DNA from: Auanema rhodensis
Lineage: Eukaryota; Animalia; Nematoda
DNA length: 64,000 nt
Direction: 5' to 3'
NCBI GenBank assembly: GCA_964057225.1
Contig: OZ059900.1
Coordinates: forward strand, 22,754,001-22,818,000
A program made the position numbers and the translations under genes. Below are positions 12,201 to 25,299 of the stretch, piece by piece. Each line of letters opens with the position of its first letter. Within the stretch, counting starts at the first letter, position 1. A model generated the notes under the pieces. The model did not search any database. It was not told where the DNA came from and saw nothing but the letters and a program-made list of their open reading frames with translations.

Positions 12201-14359
12201 ATTTCCCATGAGAAATATTTTATTATGCTGGAAAACCAGTTTTTGGAAATTTCGCTGTAAACAAGGTTTTGACTTACGATTTCATGTGTTCAAACTCATG
12301 CAATGTCAATGAAACCTAGCTCAAAATTGTTCCTACAACGTCTAGTTCCACTTTCACGACAAAAAACAGGGGTTAGAAAATTAAGGAAATTAGCATATTC
12401 TGAGGGCACGCCCCTTATGGCTAATACTGATTAAATCGATTTTTGTTCATATGAGTCGTCAAATGCAACGAATTTCAGCGTGTTACATACTAAAATGAAG
12501 CATTTTACATGCTGAACACTAGAAAAATACAAAAACACAGTATTTCCCATGAGAAATATTTTATTATGCTGGAAAACCAGTTTTTGGAAATTTCGCTGTA
12601 AACAAGGTTTTGACTTACGATTTCATGTGTTCAAACTCATGCAATGTCAATGAAACCTAGCTCAAAATTGTTTGTACAACGTCTAGTTCCACTTTCACGA
12701 CAAAAAAACAGGGGTTAGAAAATTAAGGAAATTAGCATATTCTGAGGGCACGCCCCTAATGGCTAATATTGATTAAATCGATTTTTGTTCATATGAGTCG
12801 TCAAATGCAACGAATTTCAGCGTGTTACATACTAAAATGAAGCATTTCACATGCTGAACACTAGAAAAATACAAAAACACAGTTTTTCCCATGAGAAATA
12901 TTTTATTATGCTGGAAAACCAGTTTTTGGAAATTTCGCTGTAAACAAGGTTTTGACTTACGATTTCATGTGTTCAAACTCTTGCAATGTCAATGAAACCT
13001 AGCTCAAAATTGTTTGTACAACGTCTAGTTCCACTTTCACGACAAAAAAACAGGAGTTAGAAAATTAAGGAAATTAGCATATTCTGAGGGCACGCCCCTT
13101 ATGGCTAATATTGATTAAATCGATTTTTGTTCATATGAGTCGTCAAATGCAACGAATTTCAGCGTGTTACATACTAAAATGAAGCATTTTACATGCTGAA
13201 CACTAGAAAAATACAAAAACACAGTTTTTCCCATGAGAAATATTTTATTATGCTGGAAAACCAGTTTTTGGAAATTTCGCTGTAAACAAGGTTTTGACTT
13301 ACGATTTCATGTGTTCAAACTCTTGCAATGTCAATGAAACCTAGCTCAAAATTGTTCGTACAACGTCTAGTTCCACTTTCACGACAAAAAAACAGGGGTT
13401 AGAAAATTTAGGAAATTAGCATATTCTGAGGGCACGCCCCTTATGGCTAATATTGATTAAATCGATTTTTGTTCATATGAGTCGTCAAATGCAACGAATT
13501 TCAGCGTGTTACATACTAAAATGAAGTATTTTACATGCTGAACACTAGAAAAATACAAAAACACAGTATTTCCCATGAGAAATATTTTATTATGCTGGAA
13601 AACCAGTTTTTGGAAATTTCGCTGTAAACAAGGTTTTGACTTACGATTTCATGTGTTCAAACTCATGCAATGTCAATGAAACCTAGCTCAAAATTGTTTG
13701 TACAACGTCTAGTTCCACTTTCACGACAAAAAAACAAGGGTTAGAAAATTAAGGAAATTAGCATATTCTGAGGGCACGCCCCTTATGGCTAATATTGATT
13801 AAATCGATTTTTGTTCATATGAGTCGTCAAATGCAACGAATTTCAGCGTGTTACATACTAAAATGAAGCATTTTACATGCTGAACACTAGAAAAATACAA
13901 AAACACAGTATTTCTCATGAGAAATATTTTATTATGCTGGAAAACCAGTTTTTGGAAATTTCGCTGTAAACAAGGTTTTGACTTACGATTTCATGTGTTC
14001 AAACTCATGCATTGTCAATGAAACCTAGCTCAAAATTGTTTGTACAACGTCTAGTTCCACTTTCACGACAAAAAAACAGGGGTTAGAAAATTAAGGAAAT
14101 TAGCATATTCTGAGGGCACGCCCCTTATGGCTAATATTGATTAAATCGATTTTTGTTCATATGAGTCGTAAAATGCAACGAATTTCAGCGTGTTACATAC
14201 TAAAATGAAATATTTTACATGCTGAACACTAGAAAAATACAAAAACACAGTATTTCCCATGAGAAATATTTTATTATGCTGGAAAACCAGTTTTTGGAAA
14301 TTTCGCTGTAAACAAGGTTTTGACTTACGATTTCATGTGTTCAAACTCATGCAATGTCA
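9233..14359. repeat. 15-monomer block, copy 1 (duplicated at 16413-21539, offset 7180 bp = 21 monomers)
   Basis: Same ordered rare markers in both copies: AATTTTGATT, CCCCTAATG, TTCGTATG+GGTAAACC, AATACTGA, CAAGGG+GCATTG, GTCGTAAAA. Confidence 0.9.
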
Positions 14360-14702
14360 ATGAAACCTAGCTCAAAATTGTTTGTACAACGTCTAGTTCC
14401 ACTTTCACGACAAAAAAAACAGGGGTTAGAAAATTAAGGAAATTAGCATATTCTGAGGGCACGCCCCTTATGGCTAATATTGATTAAATCGATTTTTGTT
14501 CATATGAGTCGTCAAATGCAACGAATTTCAGCGTGTTACATACTAAAATGAAGCATTTTACATGCTGAACACTAGAAAAATACGAAAACACAGTTTTTCC
14601 CATGAGAAATATTTTATTATGCTGGAAAACCAGTTTTTGGAAATTTCGCTGTAAACAAGGTTTTGACTTACGATTTCATGTGTTCAAACTCATGCAATGT
14701 CA

Positions 14703-16754
14703 ATGAAACCTAGCTCAAAATTGTTCTTACAACGTCTAGTTCCACTTTCACGACAAAAAAACAGGGGTTAGAAAATTTAGGAAATTAGCATATTCTGAGG
14801 GCACGCCCCTTATGGCTAATATTGATTAAATCGATTTTTGTTCATATGAGTCGTCAAATGCAACGAATTTCAGCGTGTTACATACTAAAATGAAGCATTT
14901 TACATGCTGAACACTAGAAAAATACGAAAACACAGTTTTTCCCATGAGAAATATTTTATTATGCTGGAAAACCAGTTTTTGGAAATTTCGCTGTAAACAA
15001 GGTTTTGACTTACGATTTCATGTGTTCAAACTCATGCAATGTCAATGAAACCTAGCTCAAAATTGTTCTTACAACGTCTAGTTCCACTTTCACGACAAAA
15101 AAACAGGGGTTAGAAAATTAAGGAAATTAGCATATTCTGAGGGCACGCCCCTTATGGCTAATATTGATTAAATCGATTTTTGTTCATATGAGTCGTCAAA
15201 TGCAACGAATTTCAGCGTGTTACATACTAAAATGAAGTATTTTACATGCTGAACACTAGAAAAATACAAAAACACAGTATTTCCCATGAGAAATATTTTA
15301 TTATGCTGGAAAACCAGTTTTTGGAAATTTCGCTGTAAACAAGGTTTTGACTTACGATTTCATGTGTTCAAACTCATGCAATGTCAATGAAACCTAGCTC
15401 AAAATTGTTTGTACAACGTCTAGTTCCACTTTCACGACAAAAAAACAGGGGTTAGAAAATTAAGGAAATTAGCATATTCTGAGGGCACGCCCCTTATGGC
15501 TAATATTGATTAAATCGATTTTTGTTCATATGAGTCGTCAAATGCAACGAATTTCAGCGTGTTACATACTAAAATGAAGCATTTTACATGCTGAACACTA
15601 AAAAAATACAAAAACACAGTATTTCCCATGAGAAATATTTTATTATGCTGGAAAACCAGTTTTTGGAAATTTCGCTGTAAACAAGGTTTTGACTTACGAT
15701 TTCATGTGTTCAAACTCATGCAATGTCAATGAAACCTAGCTCAAAATTGTTCTTACAACGTCTAGTTCCACTTTCACGACAAAAAAACAGGGGTTAGAAA
15801 ATTTAGGAAATTAGCATATTCTGAGGGCACGCCCCTTATGGCTAATATTGATTAAATCGATTTTTGTTCATATGAGTCGTCAAATGCAACGAATTTCAGC
15901 GTGTTACATACTAAAATGAAGCATTTTACATGCTGAACACTAGAAAAATACGAAAACACAGTTTTTCCCATGAGAAATATTTTATTATGCTGGAAAACCA
16001 GTTTTTGGAAATTTCGCTGTAAACAAGGTTTTGACTTACGATTTCATGTGTTCAAACTCATGCAATGTCAATGAAACCTAGCTCAAAATTGTTTGTACAA
16101 CGTCTAGTTCCACTTTCACGACAAAAAAACAGGGGTTAGAAAATTAAGGAAATTAGCATATTCTGAGGGCACGCCCCTTATGGCTAATATTGATTAAATC
16201 GATTTTTGTTCATATGAGTCGTCAAATGCAACGAATTTCAGCGTGTTACATACTAAAATGAAGTATTTTACATGCTGAACACTAGAAAAATACAAAAACA
16301 CAGTATTTCCCATGAGAAATATTTTATTATGCTGGAAAACCAGTTTTTGGAAATTTCGCTGTAAACAAGGTTTTGACTTACGATTTCATGTGTTCAAACT
16401 CATGCAATGTCAATGAAACCTAGCTCAAAATTGTTTGTACAACGTCTAGTTCCACTTTCACGACAAAAAAACAGGGGTTAGAAAATTAAGGAAATTAGCA
16501 TATTCTGAGGGCACGCCCCTTATGGCTAATATTGATTAAATCGATTTTTGTTCATATGAGTCGTCAAATGCAACGAATTTCAGCGTGTTACATACTAAAA
16601 TGAAGCATTTTACATGCTGAACACTAAAAAAATACAAAAACACAGTATTTCCCATGAGAAATATTTTATTATGCTGGAAAACCAGTTTTTGGAAATTTCG
16701 CTGTAAACAAGGTTTTGACTTACGATTTCATGTGTTCAAACTCATGCAATGTCA
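14703..16754. repeat. Local 3-mer HOR (1026 bp) x2 between the two 15-monomer copies
   Basis: Monomer with TTCTTAC+TTTAGG+TACGAAAA at 14703, 15729 and 16755; CTAAAAAAAT monomer at 15387 and 16413. Confidence 0.8.
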
Positions 16755-19700
16755 ATGAAACCTAGCTCAAAATTGTTCTTACAACGTCTAGTTCCACTTT
16801 CACGACAAAAAAACAGGGGTTAGAAAATTTAGGAAATTAGCATATTCTGAGGGCACGCCCCTTATGGCTAATATTGATTAAATCGATTTTTGTTCATATG
16901 AGTCGTCAAATGCAACGAATTTCAGCGTGTTACATACTAAAATGAAGCATTTTACATGCTGAACACTAGAAAAATACGAAAACACAGTTTTTCCCATGAG
17001 AAATATTTTATTATGCTGGAAAACCAGTTTTTGGAAATTTCGCTGTAAACAAGGTTTTGACTTACGATTTCATGTGTTCAAACTCATGCAATGTCAATGA
17101 AACCTAGCTCAAAATTGTTCCTACAACGTCTAGTTCCACTTTCACGACAAAAAACAGGGGTTAGAAAATTAAGGAAATTAGCATATTCTGAGGGCACGCC
17201 CCTTATGGCTAATTTTGATTAAATCGATTTTTGTTCATATGAGTCGTCAAATGCAACGAATTTCAGCGTGTTACATACTAAAATGAAGCATTTTACATGC
17301 TGAACACTAGAAAAATACAAAAACACAGTATTTCCCATGAGAAATATTTTATTATGCTGGAAAACCAGTTTTTGGAAATTTCGCTGTAAACAAGGTTTTG
17401 ACTTACGATTTCATGTGTTCAAACTCATGCAATGTCAATGAAACCTAGCTCAAAATTGTTCCTACAACGTCTAGTTCCACTTTCACGACAAAAAAACAGG
17501 GGTTAGAAAATTAAGGAAATTAGCATATTCTGAGGGCACGCCCCTAATGGCTAATATTGATTAAATCGATTTTTGTTCATATGAGTCGTCAAATGCAACG
17601 AATTTCAGCGTGTTACATACTAAAATGAAGCATTTTACATGCTGAACACTAGAAAAATACAAAAACACAGTTTTTCCCATGAGAAATATTTTATTATGCT
17701 GGAAAACCAGTTTTTGGAAATTTCGCTGTAAACAAGGTTTTGACTTACGATTTCATGTGTTCAAACTCTTGCAATGTCAATGAAACCTAGCTCAAAATTG
17801 TTTGTACAACGTCTAGTTCCACTTTCACGACAAAAAAACAGGGGTTAGAAAATTAAGGAAATTAGCATATTCTGAGGGCACGCCCCTTATGGCTAATATT
17901 GATTAAATCGATTTTTGTTCATATGAATCGTCAAATGCAACGAATTTCAGCGTGTTACATACTAAAATGAAGTATTTTACATGCTGAACACTAGAAAAAT
18001 ACAAAAACACAGTATTTCCCATGAGAAATATTTTATTATGCTGGAAAACCAGTTTTTGGAAATTTCGCTGTAAACAAGGTTTTGACTTACGATTTCATGT
18101 GTTCAAACTCATGCAATGTCAATGAAACCTAGCTCAAAATTGTTCCTACAACGTCTAGTTCCACTTTCACGACAAAAAACAGGGGTTAGAAAATTAAGGA
18201 AATTAGCATATTCTGAGGGCACGCCCCTTATGGCTAATATTGATTAAATCGATTTTTGTTCATATGAGTCGTCAAATGCAACGAATTTCAGCGTGTTACA
18301 TACTAAAATGAAGCATTTTACATGCTGAACACTAGAAAAATACAAAAACACAGTATTTCCCATGAGAAATATTTTATTATGCTGGAAAACCAGTTTTTGG
18401 AAATTTCGCTGTAAACAAGGTTTTGACTTACGATTTCATGTGTTCAAACTCATGCAATGTCAATGAAACCTAGCTCAAAATTGTTTGTACAACGTCTAGT
18501 TCCACTTTCACGACAAAAAAACAGGGGTTAGAAAATTAAGGAAATTAGCATATTCTGAGGGCACGCCCCTTATGGCTAATATTGATTAAATCGATTTTTG
18601 TTCGTATGAGTCGTCAAATGCAACGAATTTCAGCGTGTTACATACTAAAATGAAGCATTTTACATGCTGAACACTAGAAAAATACAAAAACACAGTATTT
18701 CTCATGAGAAATATTTTATTATGCTGGTAAACCAGTTTTTGGAAATTTCGCTGTAAACAAGGTTTTGACTTACGATTTCATGTGTTCAAACTCATGCAAT
18801 GTCAATGAAACCTAGCTCAAAATTGTTTGTACAACGTCTAGTTCCACTTTCACGACAAAAAAACAGGGGTTAGAAAATTAAGGAAATTAGCATATTCTGA
18901 GGGCACGCCCCTTATGGCTAATATTGATTAAATCGATTTTTGTTCATATGAGTAGTCAAATGCAACGAATTTCAGCGTGTTACATACTAAAATGAAGCAT
19001 TTTACATGCTGAACACTAGAAAAATACAAAAACACAGTATTTCCCATGAGAAATATTTTATTATGCTGGAAAACCAGTTTTTGGAAATTTCGCTGTAAAC
19101 AAGGTTTTGACTTACGATTTCATGTGTTCAAACTCTTGCAATGTCAATGAAACCTAGCTCAAAATTGTTCGTACAACGTCTAGTTCCACTTTCACGACAA
19201 AAAAACAGGGGTTAGAAAATTTAGGAAATTAGCATATTCTGAGGGCACGCCCCTTATGGCTAATATTGATTAAATCGATTTTTGTTCATATGAGTCGTCA
19301 AATGCAACGAATTTCAGCGTGTTACATACTAAAATGAAGTATTCTACATGCTGAACACTAGAAAAATACAAAAACACAGTATTTCCCATGAGAAATATTT
19401 TATTATGCTGGAAAACCAGTTTTTGGAAATTTCGCTGTAAACAAGGTTTTGACTTACGATTTCATGTGTTCAAACTCATGCAATGTCAATGAAACCTAGC
19501 TCAAAATTGTTCCTACAACGTCTAGTTCCACTTTCACGACAAAAAACAGGGGTTAGAAAATTAAGGAAATTAGCATATTCTGAGGGCACGCCCCTTATGG
19601 CTAATACTGATTAAATCGATTTTTGTTCATATGAGTCGTCAAATGCAACGAATTTCAGCGTGTTACATACTAAAATGAAGCATTTTACATGCTGAACACT

Positions 19701-21539
19701 AGAAAAATACAAAAACACAGTATTTCCCATGAGAAATATTTTATTATGCTGGAAAACCAGTTTTTGGAAATTTCGCTGTAAACAAGGTTTTGACTTACGA
19801 TTTCATGTGTTCAAACTCATGCAATGTCAATGAAACCTAGCTCAAAATTGTTTGTACAACGTCTAGTTCCACTTTCACGACAAAAAAACAGGGGTTAGAA
19901 AATTAAGGAAATTAGCATATTCTGAGGGCACGCCCCTAATGGCTAATATTGATTAAATCGATTTTTGTTCATATGAGTCGTCAAATGCAACGAATTTCAG
20001 CGTGTTACATACTAAAATGAAGCATTTCACATGCTGAACACTAGAAAAATACAAAAACACAGTTTTTCCCATGAGAAATATTTTATTATGCTGGAAAACC
20101 AGTTTTTGGAAATTTCGCTGTAAACAAGGTTTTGACTTACGATTTCATGTGTTCAAACTCTTGCAATGTCAATGAAACCTAGCTCAAAATTGTTTGTACA
20201 ACGTCTAGTTCCACTTTCACGACAAAAAAACAGGGGTTAGAAAATTAAGGAAATTAGCATATTCTGAGGGCACGCCCCTTATGGCTAATATTGATTAAAT
20301 CGATTTTTGTTCATATGAGTCGTCAAATGCAACGAATTTCAGCGTGTTACATACTAAAATGAAGCATTTTACATGCTGAACACTAGAAAAATACAAAAAC
20401 ACAGTTTTTCCCATGAGAAATATTTTATTATGCTGGAAAACCAGTTTTTGGAAATTTCGCTGTAAACAAGGTTTTGACTTACGATTTCATGTGTTCAAAC
20501 TCTTGCAATGTCAATGAAACCTAGCTCAAAATTGTTCGTACAACGTCTAGTTCCACTTTCACGACAAAAAAACAGGGGTTAGAAAATTTAGGAAATTAGC
20601 ATATTCTGAGGGCACGCCCCTTATGGCTAATATTGATTAAATCGATTTTTGTTCATATGAGTCGTCAAATGCAACGAATTTCAGCGTGTTACATACTAAA
20701 ATGAAGTATTTTACATGCTGAACACTAGAAAAATACAAAAACACAGTATTTCCCATGAGAAATATTTTATTATGCTGGAAAACCAGTTTTTGGAAATTTC
20801 GCTGTAAACAAGGTTTTGACTTACGATTTCATGTGTTCAAACTCATGCAATGTCAATGAAACCTAGCTCAAAATTGTTTGTACAACGTCTAGTTCCACTT
20901 TCACGACAAAAAAACAAGGGTTAGAAAATTAAGGAAATTAGCATATTCTGAGGGCACGCCCCTTATGGCTAATATTGATTAAATCGATTTTTGTTCATAT
21001 GAGTCGTCAAATGCAACGAATTTCAGCGTGTTACATACTAAAATGAAGCATTTTACATGCTGAACACTAGAAAAATACAAAAACACAGTATTTCTCATGA
21101 GAAATATTTTATTATGCTGGAAAACCAGTTTTTGGAAATTTCGCTGTAAACAAGGTTTTGACTTACGATTTCATGTGTTCAAACTCATGCATTGTCAATG
21201 AAACCTAGCTCAAAATTGTTTGTACAACGTCTAGTTCCACTTTCACGACAAAAAAACAGGGGTTAGAAAATTAAGGAAATTAGCATATTCTGAGGGCACG
21301 CCCCTTATGGCTAATATTGATTAAATCGATTTTTGTTCATATGAGTCGTAAAATGCAACGAATTTCAGCGTGTTACATACTAAAATGAAATATTTTACAT
21401 GCTGAACACTAGAAAAATACAAAAACACAGTATTTCCCATGAGAAATATTTTATTATGCTGGAAAACCAGTTTTTGGAAATTTCGCTGTAAACAAGGTTT
21501 TGACTTACGATTTCATATGTTCAAACTCATGCAATGTCA
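16413..21539. repeat. 15-monomer block, copy 2
   Basis: Marker order identical to 9233-14359; five differences seen by eye (10804, 13055, 17927, 19344, 21517). Confidence 0.9.
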
Positions 21540-23249
21540 ATGAAACCTAGCTCAAAATTGTTCCTACAACGTCTAGTTCCACTTTCACGACAAAAAAACA
21601 GGGGTTAGAAAATTAAGGAAATTAGCATATTCTGAGGGCACGCCCCTTATGGCTAATATTGATTAAATCGATTTTTGTTCATATGAGTCGTCAAATGCAA
21701 CGAATTTCAGCGTGTTACATACTAAAATGAAGCATTTTACATGCTGAACACTAAAAAAATACAAAAACACAGTTTTTCCCATGAGAAATATTTTATTATG
21801 CTGGAAAACCAGTTTTTGGAAATTTCGCTGTAAACAAGGTTTTGACTTACGATTTCATATGTTCAAACTCATGCAATGTCAATGAAACCTAGCTCAAAAT
21901 TGTTCGTACAACGTCTAGTTCCACTTTCACGACAAAAAAACAGGGGTTAGAGAATTTAGGAAATTAGCATATTCTGAGGGCACGCCCCTTATGGCTAATA
22001 TTGATTAAATCGATTTTTGTTCATATGAGTCGTCAAATGCAACGAATTTCAGCGTGTTACATACTAAAATGAAGCATTTTACATGCTGAACACTAGAAAA
22101 ATACAAAAACACAGTTTTTCCCATGAGAAATATTTTATTATGCTGGAAAACCAGTTTTTGGAAATTTCGCTGTAAACAAGGTTTTGACTTACGATTTCAT
22201 GTGTTCAAACTCATGCATTGTCAATGAAACCTAGCTCAAAATTGTTTGTACAACGTCTAGTTCCACTTTCACGACAAAAAAACAGGGGTTAGAAAATTAA
22301 GGAAATTAGCATATTCTGAGGGCACGCCCCTTATGGCTAATATTGATTAAATCGATTTTTGTTCATATGAGTCGTAAAATGCAACGAATTTCAGCGTGTT
22401 ACATACTAAAATGAAATATTTTACATGCTGAACACTAGAAAAATACAAAAACACAGTATTTCCCATGAGAAATATTTTATTATGCTGGAAAACCAGTTTT
22501 TGGAAATTTCGCTGTAAACAAGGTTTTGACTTACGATTTCATATGTTCAAACTCATGCAATGTCAATGAAACCTAGCTCAAAATTGTTCCTACAACGTCT
22601 AGTTCCACTTTCACGACAAAAAAACAGGGGTTAGAAAATTAAGGAAATTAGCATATTCTGAGGGCACGCCCCTTATGGCTAATATTGATTAAATCGATTT
22701 TTGTTCATATGAGTCGTCAAGTGCAACGAATTTCAGCGTGTTACATACTAAAATGAAGCATTTTACATGCTGAACACTAAAAAAATACAAAAACACAGTT
22801 TTTCCCATGAGAAATATTTTATTATGCTGGAAAACCAGTTTTTGGAAATTTCGCTGTAAACAAGGTTTTGACTTACGATTTCATATGTTCAAACTCATGC
22901 AATGTCAATGAAACCTAGCTCAAAATTGTTCGTACAACGTCTAGTTCCACTTTCACGACAAAAAAACAGGGGTTAGAGAATTTAGGAAATTAGCATATTC
23001 TGAGGGCACGCCCCTTATGGCTAATATTGATTAAATCGATTTTTGTTCATATGAGTCGTCAAATGCAACGAATTTCAGCGTGTTACATACTAAAATGAAG
23101 CATTTTACATGCTGAACACTAGAAAAATACAAAAACACAGTTTTTCCCATGAGAAATATTTTATTATGCTGGAAAACCAGTTTTTGGAAATTTCGCTGTA
23201 AACAAGGTTTTGACTTACGATTTCATGTGTTCAAACTCTTGCAATGTCA
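21198..23249. repeat. Local 3-mer HOR (1026 bp) x2
   Basis: GTCGTAAAA/GAAATAT monomer at 21198 and 22224; AGAGAATTT monomer at 21882 and 22908. Confidence 0.88.
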
Positions 23250-25299
23250 ATGAAACCTAGCTCAAAATTGTTCGTACAACGTCTAGTTCCACTTTCACGA
23301 CAAAAAAACAGGGGTTAGAAAATTTAGGAAATTAGCATATTCTGAGGGCACGCCCCTTATGGCTAATATTGATTAAATCGATTTTTGTTCATATGAGTCG
23401 TCAAATGCAACGAATTTCAGCGTGTTACATACTAAAATGAAGTATTTTACATGCTGAACACTAGAAAAATACAAAAACACAGTATTTCCCATGAGAAATA
23501 TTTTATTATGCTGGAAAACCAGTTTTTGGAAATTTCGCTGTAAACAAGGTTTTGACTTACGATTTCATGTGTTCAAACTCATGCAATGTCAATGAAACCT
23601 AGCTCAAAATTGTTCCTACAACGTCTAGTTCCACTTTCACGACAAAAAACAGGGGTTAGAAAATTAAGGAAATTAGCATATTCTGAGGGCACGCCCCTTA
23701 TGGCTAATATTGATTAAATCGATTTTTGTTCATATGAGTCGTCAAATGCAACGAATTTCAGCGTGTTACATACTAAAATGAAGTATTTTACATGCTGAAC
23801 ACTAGAAAAATACAAAAACACAGTATTTCCCATGAGAAATATTTTATTATGCTGGAAAACCAGTTTTTGGAAATTTCGCTGTGAACAAGGTTTTGACTTA
23901 CGATTTCATGTGTTCAAACTCATGCAATGTCAATGAAACCTAGCTCAAAATTGTTTGTACAACGTCTAGTTCCACTTTCACGACAAAAAAACAGGGGTTA
24001 GAAAATTAAGGAAATTAGCATATTCTGAGGGCACGCCCCTTATGGCTAATATTGATTAAATCGATTTTTGTTCATATGAGTCGTCAAATGCAACGAATTT
24101 CAGCGTGTTACATACTAAAATGAAGCATTTTACATGCTGAACACTAGAAAAATACAAAAACACAGTATTTCCCATGAGAAATATTTTATTATGCTGGAAA
24201 ACCAGTTTTTGGAAATTTCGCTGTAAACAAGGTTTTGACTTACGATTTCATGTGTTCAAACTCATGCAATGTCAATGAAACCTAGCTCAAGATTGTTTGT
24301 ACAACGTCTAGTTCCACTTTCACGACGAAAAAACAGGGGTTAGAAAATTAAGGAAATTAGCATATTCTGAGGGCACGCCCCTAATGGCTAATATTGATTA
24401 AATCGATTTTTGTTCATATGAGTCGTCAAATGCAACGAATTTCAGCGTGTTACATACTAAAATGAAGCATTTTACATGCTGAACACTAGAAAAATACAAA
24501 AACACAGTTTTTCCCATGAGAAATATTTTATTATGCTGGAAAACCAGTTTTTGGAAATTTCGCTGTAAACAAGGTTTTGACTTACGATTTCATGTGTTCA
24601 AACTCTTGCAATGTCAATGAAACCTAGCTCAAAATTGTTTGTACAACGTCTAGTTCCACTTTCACGACAAAAAAACAGGGGTTAGAAAATTAAGGAAATT
24701 AGCATATTCTGAGGGCACGCCCCTTATGGCTAATATTGATTAAATCGATTTTTGTTCATATGAGTCGTCAAATGCAACGAATTTCAGCGTGTTACATACT
24801 AAAATGAAGTATTTTACATGCTGAACACTAGAAAAATACAAAAACTAAGTATTTCCCATGAGAAATATTTTATTATGCTGGAAAACCAGTTTTTGGAAAT
24901 TTCGCTGTAAACAAGGTTTTGACTTACGATTTCATGTGTTCAAACTCATGCAATGTCAATGAAACCTAGCTCAAAATTGTTCCTACAACGTCTAGTTCCA
25001 CTTTCACGACAAAATACAGGGGTTAGAAAATTAAGGAAATTAGCATATTCTGAGGGCACGCCCCTTATGGCTAATATTGATTAAATCGATTTTTGTTCAT
25101 ATGAGTCGTCAAATGCAACGAATTTCAGCGTGTTACATACTAAAATGAAGCATTTTACATGCTGAACACTAGAAAAATACCAAAACACAGTATTTCCCTT
25201 GAGAAATATTTTATTATGCTGGAAAACCAGTTTTTGGAAATTTCGCTGTAAACAAGGTTTTGACTTACGATTTCATGTGTTCAAACTCATGCAATGTCA

